From the IMG/VR virus record IMGVR_UViG_3300044729_003129, positions 1 to 64,000 of that record: a stretch of DNA of 64,000 nucleotides; one strand, written 5' to 3'. Shown here in pieces: positions 18,376-26,624 of the stretch. The stretch comes from a virus. The notes under the pieces were generated by a model that was not told the DNA's origin, made no database searches, and saw only the letters and a program-made list of their open reading frames with translations. The number at the start of each line of letters is the position of its first letter. Position 1 is the first letter of the stretch. Position numbers and translations under genes: made by a program.

Positions 18376-19101
18376 TTAGAATGACTTCTTAAACTCAACC
18401 CCACCGAAGAAAAGATTCTTCATGTCTGAATGCACACCAACCGAGTCATCAAGACCAAGTGAGTATGAGACAAACGGAACAGCGGTCACACCTTGCACAA
18501 CTGGAATGTCAGTCGACACAGTGGTCTCAAAGTGAGTGCACTGTCCTTCTTGAGCGAGATAGCCAAGCTCAGCGCGAAAGTCAAGCATCAATGAAGATCC
18601 AAAGTCATCACTGTATGTTGCAGCAAGTTCGCTATAAGCATTGTTATCACCCACAATACTCATATACTGAGTAAGCGAAAGATCGATTGGACCAACTGCA
18701 CGTGATACAGTCAAACCAGCTTCTTGCGCTTGTCCTTCCTGTCCTGCATAGTCTTGCGAATACCAGGTATAGCTCAAAGATACGAGATAGTCAGCAATCT
18801 CTTTCGAGAAGATTGCAGACAGCTCAGTAGCTTCGTCCTTCCCAGTTGTTTCAGCGTTTGCATAGTCAGCGCTCAAAGCCAACGAAACGTCCGCAGGAAG
18901 TTCAGTTGTCGTTTTGACGATTGCATTTGCTTCATTTGCACCTAGATCAGCACCACGCCAGACCTTATCAGAAGAGTAGCCAGTTTCAAGCGTCACCGGC
19001 GTGAATGCTGAAGGAGCGTCTTCGATTGGGCCTGCATAGGCATAGTTAAGAGCAGCAAGTGCTACAATACCAATTTTAACGATTTGTGTTTGTTTTTTCA
19101 T
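18376..19101 (-). CDS. outer-membrane beta-barrel protein (TIGR02001/TorF-like porin)
   Basis: Signal peptide, YSSDKVWRG motif, amphipathic beta strands, C-terminal Phe. Confidence 0.75.
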   Translation of the reverse strand: MKKQTQIVKIGIVALAALNYAYAGPIEDAPSAFTPVTLETGYSSDKVWRGADLGANEANAIVKTTTELPADVSLALSADYANAETTGKDEATELSAIFSKEIADYLVSLSYTWYSQDYAGQEGQAQEAGLTVSRAVGPIDLSLTQYMSIVGDNNAYSELAATYSDDFGSSLMLDFRAELGYLAQEGQCTHFETTVSTDIPVVQGVTAVPFVSYSLGLDDSVGVHSDMKNLFFGGVEFKKSF

Positions 19102-19133
19102 ATTATATTATTTTTGTTTTTCAGGGGGAGAAG

Positions 19134-19214
19134 TGGTACCCGCTGTAGGATTTGAACCTACGATGATATCCTGAATGTAAATCAGGCGCCTTCGACCACT
19201 CGGCTCAAGCGGGC
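19134..19214 (-). tRNA. tRNA-Val(TAC), atypical body
   Basis: CCTGA-TT-TAC-AT-TCAGG; GCCCGCT/AGCGGGT-ACCA. Confidence 0.85.
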
Positions 19215-19888
19215 AATTTTATCCATAACGGAAAATTTTTCGATTTAATTCTGTTTATTACTGCTGGATGTGTTAGATTATATTTTGCACATATATCTTT
19301 TAAACCTATAAAAATTTCGTTATTGATAGAATATCTATATGATACATTTATATAACTTTGCTCTTGTTTTAAAGTTTTACCAGATTTTAATCTTGGTTTT
19401 CTTCTAGAAGGCCTTTGTTTTGGCACCACCCATTTATTTTTTCCGAATATCCATCCTTCAAGAATACAATCATCTTTATTGATTTTTTTATTTTTCTGTA
19501 AAGCAATATTACATATCCAACGGGTTTTGTATTGAGAATTTCCACTGCCAACTTGATGTTTACTACTTATTTTAGAAACAAATTTTGCGCATTTATTACG
19601 AATAGTTTCATACATCCGCGAGTTTTTAATATATGGTATTCCTCGTTCTTCACATCTCATAGCCATCATATGGCATGCAAATGCAGTTTGTTGATTGTTA
19701 TGAATTTTATCTAAAAGCAAATGGGCAACCCAATGTTCTCTTCCAGTTAGAACTACCAAATTTGAAGGATCATTAGACCCTCCCATCGATCGCATAAGAA
19801 TGTGATGCCGCTCAGTATATCCTGGAGCAGGATTATTTTTACGAAAATTGATGAGATTACAATATATTTGTTGATAGTCCACAAACAT
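19205..19888 (-). mobile_element. free-standing HNH homing endonuclease
   Basis: ERHHILMRSMGGSNDPSNLVVLTGREHWVAHLLL; stop lies inside tRNA-Val. Confidence 0.85.
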
Positions 19889-19921
19889 ATTTATAAAATC
19901 TAACTTTTGAACTTATAATGT

Positions 19922-19963
19922 ATACGGTGTAAAAGCACCGCTCTACCACTGAGCTAACTCCCC
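19922..19963 (-). pseudogene. 5' half of disrupted tRNA-Val(TAC)
   Basis: GGGGAGTTAGCTCAGTGGTAGAGCGGTGCT-TT-TAC-AC-CGTAT, no T arm. Confidence 0.85.
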
Positions 19964-19983
19964 ATAAAAGTATCTATATGTGT

Positions 19984-20073
19984 TGGCGGAACGTGTAGGA
20001 TTCGAACCTACGGTAGAGTCACCCCTACGATTCTTTAGCAAAGAATTACTTTAGTCCTCTCAGTCAACGTTCC
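19984..20073 (-). tRNA. tRNA-Ser(GCT)
   Basis: Cloverleaf, long variable arm, CCA. Confidence 0.9.
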
Positions 20074-20077
20074 AAAA

Positions 20078-20168
20078 TGGCGGGTAGAGTAGGATTCGAA
20101 CCCACGGAGGCGATTAAACCTCTCTCGATTTCAAGTCGAGCGCCTTAGACCAACTCAGCCATCTACCC
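20078..20168 (-). tRNA. tRNA-Ser(TGA)
   Basis: Cloverleaf, long variable arm, CCA. Confidence 0.9.
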
Positions 20169-20174
20169 TAAAAT

Positions 20175-20972
20175 TTATAAGCCGTCAGACAGGTCATAGA
20201 TGCGATTCGAAACATCAACTGACTTGTCTTTCATAAGTGTTTTGGAAAGTGTGCTGTTGTATGACAGCAGCAGTGCAATCGCAAGTGGATCAAACACAGC
20301 AATGATTATGCATATAAAGGCCATTACGATTGTATCGAGCGGCAGATTAAACTGATCGGCAATAAACTTAAACGTTCCAATGTCTTTTGATGCCGACATC
20401 TTGAGTTTTAGCTCTTGTATTTGTGTGTCAAGCTCTCGCTTGCTGTCTTGCAGTTGAACTATTCTCTCGCGCTGTGCTTGCATTTCAGCCGCTGTTCTTT
20501 CAATGTCAGCATAGATTGGTCGTGCATTTGCCGCAGACATCTTTGGCAAGCGTTCTTCTTGTGAGCGCCGCGCAGCGTTTAGTGTCTCTATTCGTGAGTT
20601 GATTTGTGAGACTTCAGAGTCGATGCCGCTCTTGCGTTCTTGAAGAGACCCAACCTGGGAGTCGATGTTAGAAAATTGTATTGAGTTTACAGCATAGGCA
20701 GACGATAAATAACCAAAAATACCGAGTGAAGTTATACACATGAGTATGAGTGTAGCTGTGACGAGATAGCCTTTTAAGAGTGCTGATGTATGCGTCCAAT
20801 AGTGATGCAAATAGGTCGTCGCTACAAGTTTGCCAATCTCAAGTGCACTCGCCATGATGAGCACTGAAACATAGCTGCCACTAAAGAGTGTAGCAATGCC
20901 GAGTACTGAAAACCATGCGGCACATCCAGCTACAAGTAGGCTCGTAATGAATAGCAGTGCACGTAAAACCAT
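20175..20972 (-). CDS. membrane protein with central coiled coil
   Basis: Three N-terminal TMs, LEIGKLVA, coiled coil, VFDPLAI TM; late promoter 20980-87. Confidence 0.8.
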   Translation of the reverse strand: MVLRALLFITSLLVAGCAAWFSVLGIATLFSGSYVSVLIMASALEIGKLVATTYLHHYWTHTSALLKGYLVTATLILMCITSLGIFGYLSSAYAVNSIQFSNIDSQVGSLQERKSGIDSEVSQINSRIETLNAARRSQEERLPKMSAANARPIYADIERTAAEMQAQRERIVQLQDSKRELDTQIQELKLKMSASKDIGTFKFIADQFNLPLDTIVMAFICIIIAVFDPLAIALLLSYNSTLSKTLMKDKSVDVSNRIYDLSDGL

Positions 20973-20988
20973 GTCATAGTATTTATAA

Positions 20989-21271
20989 TGGTGGGCCCGG
21001 CAGGATTCGAACCTGCGACCAATCGATTATGCTTACCACTATAGTTTTCACTACCTTTTCAGTTTGTGGTCTGGACTATCCCTTAATCTTCAGCATAACC
21101 TGTTAAGATTGAACTATTATAGTCTCTGCACGTCCCTCTTTCGAGGTTTCGCTCAGGATTGGCATCGGCATTACCCGTTAAGCGTTCCCTGAATTTAAGT
21201 TCTGCTAACTTACTATTTCTAATAAGAAGACCCTATCGAGTCGACTGCTCTTACCGCTGAGCTACAAGCCC
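20989..21271 (-). tRNA. tRNA(CAT), Ile2-like body, interrupted by a group I intron
   Basis: Spliced anticodon arm GTCGA-CT|CAT-AA-TCGAT; GGGCTTG/CGGGCCC-ACCA. Confidence 0.85.
21032..21238 (-). mobile_element. group I intron (IC3-like), 207 nt, after U33
   Basis: P AATTCAGGGAAC, Q AATCCTGAGC, R GTGCAGAGACT, S AAGGGATAGTCC; P1 with U:G; terminal G. Confidence 0.9.
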
Positions 21272-21277
21272 CTTTCA

Positions 21278-21463
21278 TTATAAAACTGGTCCGTTTTCTT
21301 TTTGTTCGTGATCTATGTATTGCCCAATATGTTGATGAACATTCAGCGATCGACGAAATGATTCATGCTCAAGTTTGGCTATTCGCTCTCTAAGTTCATT
21401 CATCTCAGAGAGTAGCGCTTCTACTTCGGCGTCAATCAAACTTTTAATATGTTCTGTATTCAT
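21278..21463 (-). CDS. small coiled-coil protein
   Basis: ORF fills the gap between tRNAs. Confidence 0.55.
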   Translation of the reverse strand: MNTEHIKSLIDAEVEALLSEMNELRERIAKLEHESFRRSLNVHQHIGQYIDHEQKENGPVL

Positions 21464-21476
21464 AATCTTTTAAAGA

Positions 21477-21561
21477 TGGTAGCTATGGTCGGACTCGAAC
21501 CGACAAGCCATAAGGCAACGAATTTTAAGTTCGCAATGTTTACCAATTTCATCACACAGCC
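21477..21561 (-). tRNA. tRNA-Leu(TAA)
   Basis: Cloverleaf, long variable arm, CCA. Confidence 0.9.
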
Positions 21562-21656
21562 ATTAGAAAATTTAGAGGTTGTCGACGAGATAATTGTTCG
21601 ACTTTAGGGACCTCATGCTCCTGTAAGCGATACCACCACAGTACCGAAATTTTATT

Positions 21657-21733
21657 TGGTGAGAACGAAGGGATTCGAACCCCTGACCTAGGGAGTAGAA
21701 ATCCCTTGCTCTAATCCACTGAGCTACGTTCCC
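21657..21733 (-). tRNA. tRNA-Arg(TCT)
   Basis: Cloverleaf with CCA. Confidence 0.9.
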
Positions 21734-21744
21734 GCTTTTCATAT

Positions 21745-21942
21745 TTAATTGAAATCATATGTGTCGACAATCATGTCATGTTGCTTAAGAAGACGAACCG
21801 CGTTGTCACGTTTGTGTTTGCTGTTCCAGAAAAGCTCAAGTTCTGCAGCATCAACATCATAATAGGTATGAATGTCGCTTAATGCCATTGCTTCCATATA
21901 GCAATCAGAAGTATGAAATACAATTGAATATCTAGTTTTCAT
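21745..21942 (-). CDS. hypothetical protein, paralog of 22708..22926
   Basis: LELFWN...RDNAV...VDTYD. Confidence 0.65.
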   Translation of the reverse strand: MKTRYSIVFHTSDCYMEAMALSDIHTYYDVDAAELELFWNSKHKRDNAVRLLKQHDMIVDTYDFN

Positions 21943-21948
21943 GTTGTC

Positions 21949-22224
21949 TTAGTCGATGAGTGAATACCATTGGTTTTCAGTGTCACAAAAGAAAATATAA
22001 CTGAAAATATAACTTGAACCTTCATGATGCTTCTCTTTATAAGAAAGTTCTTCATATCGCATAAAGTGTTCAAACTCAACTGGAGACATGGTCGAAAAGA
22101 CACCCGATTCAAACTCAATCTCTACCAAGTCCTTTAAAAAGGAGATTTGCTTGATTGTCTCCTCATTTTGATAGCCGTGAGAGCCATGCCTTACTTTCTT
22201 GCCAATTGATTCAGTGATAGTCAT
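21949..22224 (-). CDS. hypothetical protein
   Basis: Gene packing. Confidence 0.6.
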   Translation of the reverse strand: MTITESIGKKVRHGSHGYQNEETIKQISFLKDLVEIEFESGVFSTMSPVEFEHFMRYEELSYKEKHHEGSSYIFSYIFFCDTENQWYSLID

Positions 22225-22264
22225 ATAAAGATGTGGTGGTGTTTATTAGTGCTCAACTAATGTG

Positions 22265-22453
22265 TTAAGCTTTGAGGCGCCGCGTAGAGGTAATCTTTTC
22301 AGTAATGTATAGAGCAGGGGATCTCTTTGCGACCTTCTTCTCTTCGTAGAATTCCTCTGCATCACTCTGCTTGCTGAACACAACTGTCTTCCGCTTTGCT
22401 TGCGTTGGAGAATTCCAAGTGACAGTAAACTTTTGATCGATGTCTTGTTTCAT
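22265..22453 (-). CDS. hypothetical protein
   Basis: Gene packing. Confidence 0.6.
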   Translation of the reverse strand: MKQDIDQKFTVTWNSPTQAKRKTVVFSKQSDAEEFYEEKKVAKRSPALYITEKITSTRRLKA

Positions 22454-22477
22454 ATTGTGTTGGAGTTTCTCAAAAGA

Positions 22478-22690
22478 TCAGACTTCAGCATTGACCTCAC
22501 ATTCATTTATAACATAATCATCATACGCAGTATTTTCATAACGATTGTTGACACGATCAGCATCAACCTTAGCCTTATAGGCATCTAATGCGCAATTTGC
22601 TTTTTTAAGTGAGCTATAGGCTCCTAATACGACGTCGCCTTCATAGTCTATGCGTCCTAATAAGAGAAATATTGAAGATTTGTTTTTCAT
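22478..22690 (-). CDS. hypothetical protein
   Basis: VLGAYSSLKKA motif. Confidence 0.65.
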   Translation of the reverse strand: MKNKSSIFLLLGRIDYEGDVVLGAYSSLKKANCALDAYKAKVDADRVNNRYENTAYDDYVINECEVNAEV

Positions 22691-22707
22691 ATTGTGGTTG
22701 GTGTTGC

Positions 22708-22926
22708 TTAGTCTAGCTCGTAGGTATCAACCTCGATACCGATCTTACTTAGCTCGTGTACAGCGTGATTGCGATACCACTCTTGATTCCAAAGCATCTC
22801 AAGACCTCCTTTTTTTAAGTCGTCTGGAAGAAGAAGGGATGTCATCTCACTAGCTTTGATAAAGTCTTCTTCGCTGTTGAAGGTGATGAAGTATTCAATT
22901 TCGGTCATAGTCTTATTTTTATCCAA
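22708..22926 (-). CDS. hypothetical protein
   Basis: LEMLWN...RNHAV...VDTYE. Confidence 0.65.
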   Translation of the reverse strand: MDKNKTMTEIEYFITFNSEEDFIKASEMTSLLLPDDLKKGGLEMLWNQEWYRNHAVHELSKIGIEVDTYELD

Positions 22927-23119
22927 TTACTACGGCAACTAATTTAGACTCGGTGTGCTGGTTTTCAGTACCAAAATCTACCCATTGTTGAACTGTATCG
23001 ACGGTGATGTGTTTGGCAATCCAATATCCGCCTTGATCCGTATCAGTAAACTCAAGATCAAGATTTCCGTGCTCCTGCAAAACCTTTTGCAACTGTTCAA
23101 TGGCTTCGGTTACTTTCAT
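22919..23119 (-). CDS. hypothetical early protein
   Basis: Start MKVTEAIEQL after promoter repeat. Confidence 0.65.
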   Translation of the reverse strand: MKVTEAIEQLQKVLQEHGNLDLEFTDTDQGGYWIAKHITVDTVQQWVDFGTENQHTESKLVAVVIG

Positions 23120-23140
23120 ATGCTTATTGTGGTTGGTGTT

Positions 23141-23236
23141 GCTTACATGGCTATTATAGCATAAAACGCACAGAAAGTACACAACTTTTTTCAAAAAAGT
23201 GAAAAAAGGTCCCGAAGTTAAGCCCCGTATAGAGAA
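23141..23236 (-). promoter_or_regulatory. repeated early promoter element, copy 3
   Basis: Near-identical to copies 1, 2 and 4. Confidence 0.8.
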
Positions 23237-23371
23237 AAACTGTCCTCCAGGACTCATTTTTTGTGAAAATTTGCCCATGACAGATTGCTGCTACACTCAC
23301 CCAGGGCTGGGGCTAGCTAGGAACCACACCTAGCTGCGTCATGACATATTTAGATTCGCGCATGATACGAA

Positions 23372-23442
23372 TTGCGAGGGGGAGGAATTTAACCTCCACT
23401 CTAGACTATGGGCCTAGCGATCTCCGTATGATCCCTCTCGCA
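23372..23442 (-). tRNA. degenerate tRNA-Met(CAT)-like gene
   Basis: GATC/GATC D stem; CTAGG-CC-CAT-AG-TCTAG; atypical T loop; no CCA. Confidence 0.5.
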
Positions 23443-23570
23443 AAGAGGGCACTCATGCCCCCAGTGGAATCCTACTGTCTAGTCTAGCCAGATTTCAGAT
23501 TCAATTGTTTTCCCCACTACCGAATAGTTGACCAGAGTCAACTTGAAGAAACGCAGTGACTATTTTATAA

Positions 23571-23648
23571 TGGTAGCTACTTCCATTATTACTTTAATGT
23601 GCGTCGGATTACATTCGGCATCATCGGGTTGCCATCCCGCTCTTAGCC
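23571..23648 (-). ncRNA. CCA-ended degenerate cloverleaf RNA
   Basis: GGCTA/TAGCT-ACCA; CGGG-ATGGCAA-CCCG; CATTA/TAATG arm. Confidence 0.4.
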
Positions 23649-23693
23649 TCAATGCTCATTGTAGGATCATCGCCTACAATGGCAGGGAAAAAA

Positions 23694-23794
23694 TGGTGGG
23701 GTATTCTCATATCATGTTTAAACCATGCGCTGTCTAGTGTGCACCCATCAAGCGTAGAGGGCATGAGGAGAATAAAGCCGCTAAGCTCTGCCCC
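23694..23794 (-). ncRNA. CCA-ended structured non-tRNA RNA
   Basis: GGGG/CCCC-ACCA ends; TATTCTC/GAGAATA stem. Confidence 0.5.
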
Positions 23795-23802
23795 ATTGAA
23801 AT

Positions 23803-23876
23803 TGGTGCGTCATGTGAGGGTCGAACTCACGCCTTCAGAGTGGAAGTCTAATGTGCTGCCGTAACACTTATGACGC
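23803..23876 (-). tRNA. tRNA-Gly(TCC)
   Basis: Cloverleaf with CCA. Confidence 0.9.
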
Positions 23877-23882
23877 AAAAAA

Positions 23883-23985
23883 TAGACAATGTAGATGGAA
23901 TCGAACCATCGCCTCGGCGTTGTCGCCTATCCTATCGGATAAGAAACCCTTTGCTTGGGGCGTGCTACCACTACACTATACATTG
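23883..23985 (-). ncRNA. tRNA-like RNA with expanded multi-hairpin centre
   Basis: Perfect acceptor, D and T arms; irregular anticodon arm plus extra hairpins; ends TCTA. Confidence 0.65.
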
Positions 23986-23992
23986 AAAAAGA

Positions 23993-24078
23993 TGGTGGGC
24001 AGAGCTGGATTCGAACCAGCGTAGGCGTAAGCCAGCGATTTTACAGACCGCCCCCTTTAGCCACTCGGGCATCTACCC
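23993..24078 (-). tRNA. tRNA-Tyr(GTA)
   Basis: Cloverleaf, long variable arm, CCA. Confidence 0.9.
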
Positions 24079-24160
24079 GTTTAGCAATGTATGGTTATTG
24101 ACCCACACAGAATCTCAAGCCTTATGCGCATTTAACTCACTGATTTCCATTGCTAAAAAT

Positions 24161-24192
24161 TGGTTGTGAGCGTCGGAATCGAACCGACGCTC
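24161..24192 (-). pseudogene. 3' fragment of a tRNA-fMet-like gene
   Basis: GTCGG-TTCGATT-CCGAC-GCTCACA-ACCA. Confidence 0.7.
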
Positions 24193-24507
24193 TTAATATA
24201 TCTCGATTGCTGCAACTTCTGGATTTTTGTCTTGAAGTTGATCGAGGATTCTGTTGAACTCTTGCTCTTGCTTTGCAGTCCATTTTACGGAAAATGCAGA
24301 ATGCTTTCCTCTATTTTGATTTGCTGACGAGTAATAATAATCAGATGGCTGCACTCCAACCTTGTTTAGTGCAAAGGCCACCAACTTGCGAGCTTTTTGT
24401 ATGCTATGAGTAATAGCAATTGAGTTTTGTTTTGTTTTCTCGTTTGATTCGCGAATCATTTCTCGATAGGCGTCAAAAACATTTAATTGTAGTTTTTCGT
24501 CAGCCAT
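24193..24507 (-). CDS. late hypothetical protein between tRNA-fMet and a tRNA 3' fragment
   Basis: TATAAATA at 24516-23. Confidence 0.7.
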   Translation of the reverse strand: MADEKLQLNVFDAYREMIRESNEKTKQNSIAITHSIQKARKLVAFALNKVGVQPSDYYYSSANQNRGKHSAFSVKWTAKQEQEFNRILDQLQDKNPEVAAIEIY

Positions 24508-24534
24508 ATTTTAGTTATTTATATGGTTTAAAAT

Positions 24535-24614
24535 TGGTTGCGGGGGTGGGAGTCGAACCCACACCGAAGCCTAGCTTATGAGACTAGTTCAGCACCACTA
24601 CTGACTGCCCCGCG
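24535..24614 (-). tRNA. tRNA-Met(CAT), initiator-like (C1:A72 mismatch)
   Basis: CGCGGGG/CCCCGCA-ACCA; CTAGT-CT-CAT-AA-GCTAG. Confidence 0.85.
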
Positions 24615-24626
24615 ATTGAAAATTGA

Positions 24627-24738
24627 GCCGACTAAAGAGGCGATATAGATACATTCCCGTACGCACCCGCATGCGCAGTCCTGCACGTCATCTGTGCCTA
24701 TGTACCGGGCATGGAGCCTCGTGTACCTCTCTAGCGGC
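24627..24738 (-). ncRNA. GC-rich structured RNA of unknown class
   Basis: Closing stem GCCGCTAGAGAGG/CCTCTTTAGTCGGC, between two tRNAs. Confidence 0.5.
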
Positions 24739-24743
24739 AAAGT

Positions 24744-24818
24744 TGGTAGAGGTACAAGGATTCGAACCTCGACAAACAGAATCAAAATCTGTGGTGCTAA
24801 CCGTTACACAATACCTCT
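24744..24818 (-). tRNA. tRNA-Gln(TTG)
   Basis: Cloverleaf with CCA. Confidence 0.9.
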
Positions 24819-24831
24819 ATGGCACGTCACC

Positions 24832-25461
24832 TTAAGATAATTTATATTTTTTACAATTTTCAAAATGCCATCTAAACATAGTGTTTTTTGATCCTACTTT
24901 AGTACAATACGGACATTTTATTGTATCTCTAATTTTTCCGAGATTTTTTTTACCGCTTTGTTTTTCAATAGCACTTTTTCGTAATTTTTCTTTATGCTCG
25001 TCACTTTTAGGAATATTTTTACTTCCAGATTTATTTCCTTTAGAATTTATTTTTTTGGCTTCTTCATAACCATATTTAGAAACCATTCTTTCCCATGGTG
25101 ACGCATTATTTTTTCCACTAATTCGTAATTTTTCTTTTGTTTCGTTGGAATGACATTTCCCAGAAAATGCCCCCATAATTCCAGGATTTCCTCCACTTCC
25201 ACCAATTTTTAAATTGTATGACATAGGATCTTTAACTAAAGATTCATTTACTATGTGTTGTTCCATATTAAACATTTCTTCTTTAGAATTTAAAATATGT
25301 AATATTTCAAATTTAAAATTTTCTTTTCCATATTTTTTAATGGCACGTTTTAAATGTTTTCCAGATCCTAAATAATTATCATTTATATCTAATGTTTGAT
25401 GACACCCGATATAATATTTTTTATTTATTAGATTGATAGTTTTGTATATTATATACAGCAT
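24832..25461 (-). mobile_element. Seg-like GIY-YIG homing endonuclease
   Basis: IIYKTINLINKKYYIG, YLGSG, YNLKIGG, NUMOD3-like repeats; TATAAATA 25467-74. Confidence 0.9.
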
Positions 25462-25502
25462 AAGTTTATTTATACAAAACTAACATGCTACTATTACATA
25501 AT

Positions 25503-25576
25503 TGGCACGTCGTGCAGGAATCGAACCCACGTTAGCAGATTTGGAATCTGCAGTCCTACCATTGAACGAACGACGT
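25503..25576 (-). tRNA. tRNA-Trp(CCA)
   Basis: Cloverleaf with CCA. Confidence 0.9.
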
Positions 25577-25581
25577 AAAAA

Positions 25582-25657
25582 TGGGGTGATCGACGGGACT
25601 CGAACCCGCAACAACCAGAATCACAATCTGGGGCTCTACCATTGAACTACAACCACC
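25582..25657 (-). tRNA. tRNA-His(GTG)
   Basis: Cloverleaf, G-1, CCA. Confidence 0.9.
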
Positions 25658-25665
25658 AATTAAAT

Positions 25666-25743
25666 TGGCGGAGCGGACGGGGCTCGAACCCGCGACCTCC
25701 AACGTGACAGGCTGGCGCTCTAACCAGACTGAGCTACCGCTCC
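25666..25743 (-). tRNA. tRNA-Asp(GTC)
   Basis: Cloverleaf with CCA. Confidence 0.9.
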
Positions 25744-25747
25744 TAAA

Positions 25748-25823
25748 TGGTGGAGGCAATAGGGCTCGAACCTATGACTCATTCCTTAAAAGGGAATTAC
25801 TCTACCGACTGAGTTATGCCTCC
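25748..25823 (-). tRNA. tRNA-Lys(TTT)
   Basis: Cloverleaf with CCA. Confidence 0.9.
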
Positions 25824-25831
25824 AATTAAAA

Positions 25832-25896
<65 letters not shown>

Positions 25897-25906
<10 letters not shown>

Positions 25907-26334
25907 TTTGTTGATTGTTTTAATTTTCTTCTAGCCCAAGCTTGTTTCATTGCATCGCTTTGTTTTTGTTTATATTCTTCGCTAGAATGATTTTTTGAAT
26001 TTTTATTACCAATGGCAGATTTAGCAATATTATTTTTTCTTTCCTCTGTATGAGTTGTTCCCGTTAATGTTATAGCAATTTTTGCTTTATGATCTTCGCT
26101 TTTTGGCACGTCTTTATTGGCATGACCGCCCATAGAACATTTATAAGCAATAACTTCTTCTCTGTTGATTTGTCCAGATAATCCTTTCCAAGCAACATAA
26201 TCTTCTAGTTTACCATGTTGCTCATATAATTTTTTATGAGCATCTGCGTGCTGCTCAATAGTTAATTCAATTATATTAGAGGGATCGTCTGTACCTCCCA
26301 TATGTCGTGGAATAATATGATGTTTATGAAGCAT
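25897..26334 (-). mobile_element. free-standing HNH homing endonuclease with NUMOD3-like repeats
   Basis: HKHHIIPRHMGGTDDPSNIIELTIEQHADAH; TATAAATA 26340-47; stop lies inside tRNA-Ala. Confidence 0.85.
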
Positions 26335-26370
26335 ATTATTATTTATAAAAATTACCAACTGAGCTATAAA

Positions 26371-26447
26371 TGGTCGGGATGACACGATTCGAACATGCGA
26401 CATCTGCGTCCCAAACGCAGCGCTCTACCAGGCTGAGCTACATCCCG
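26371..26447 (-). tRNA. tRNA-Pro(TGG)
   Basis: Cloverleaf with CCA. Confidence 0.9.
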
Positions 26448-26454
26448 TAAAATA

Positions 26455-26532
26455 TGGTACACCCAGTTAGACTCGAACTAACGACCCCACAATTATCAAT
26501 CGTGTGCTCTAACCAAACTGAGCTATGGATGC
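26455..26532 (-). tRNA. tRNA-Ile(GAT)
   Basis: Cloverleaf with CCA. Confidence 0.9.
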
Positions 26533-26541
26533 ACTTTAAAC

Positions 26542-26616
26542 TGGAGCCTCCTGTCCGATTCGAACGGACGACCTGCTCATTACAAATGAGCTGCACTACC
26601 ACTGTGCTAAGGAGGC
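26542..26616 (-). tRNA. tRNA-Thr(TGT)
   Basis: Cloverleaf with CCA. Confidence 0.9.
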
Positions 26617-26624
26617 GTAAAAAT

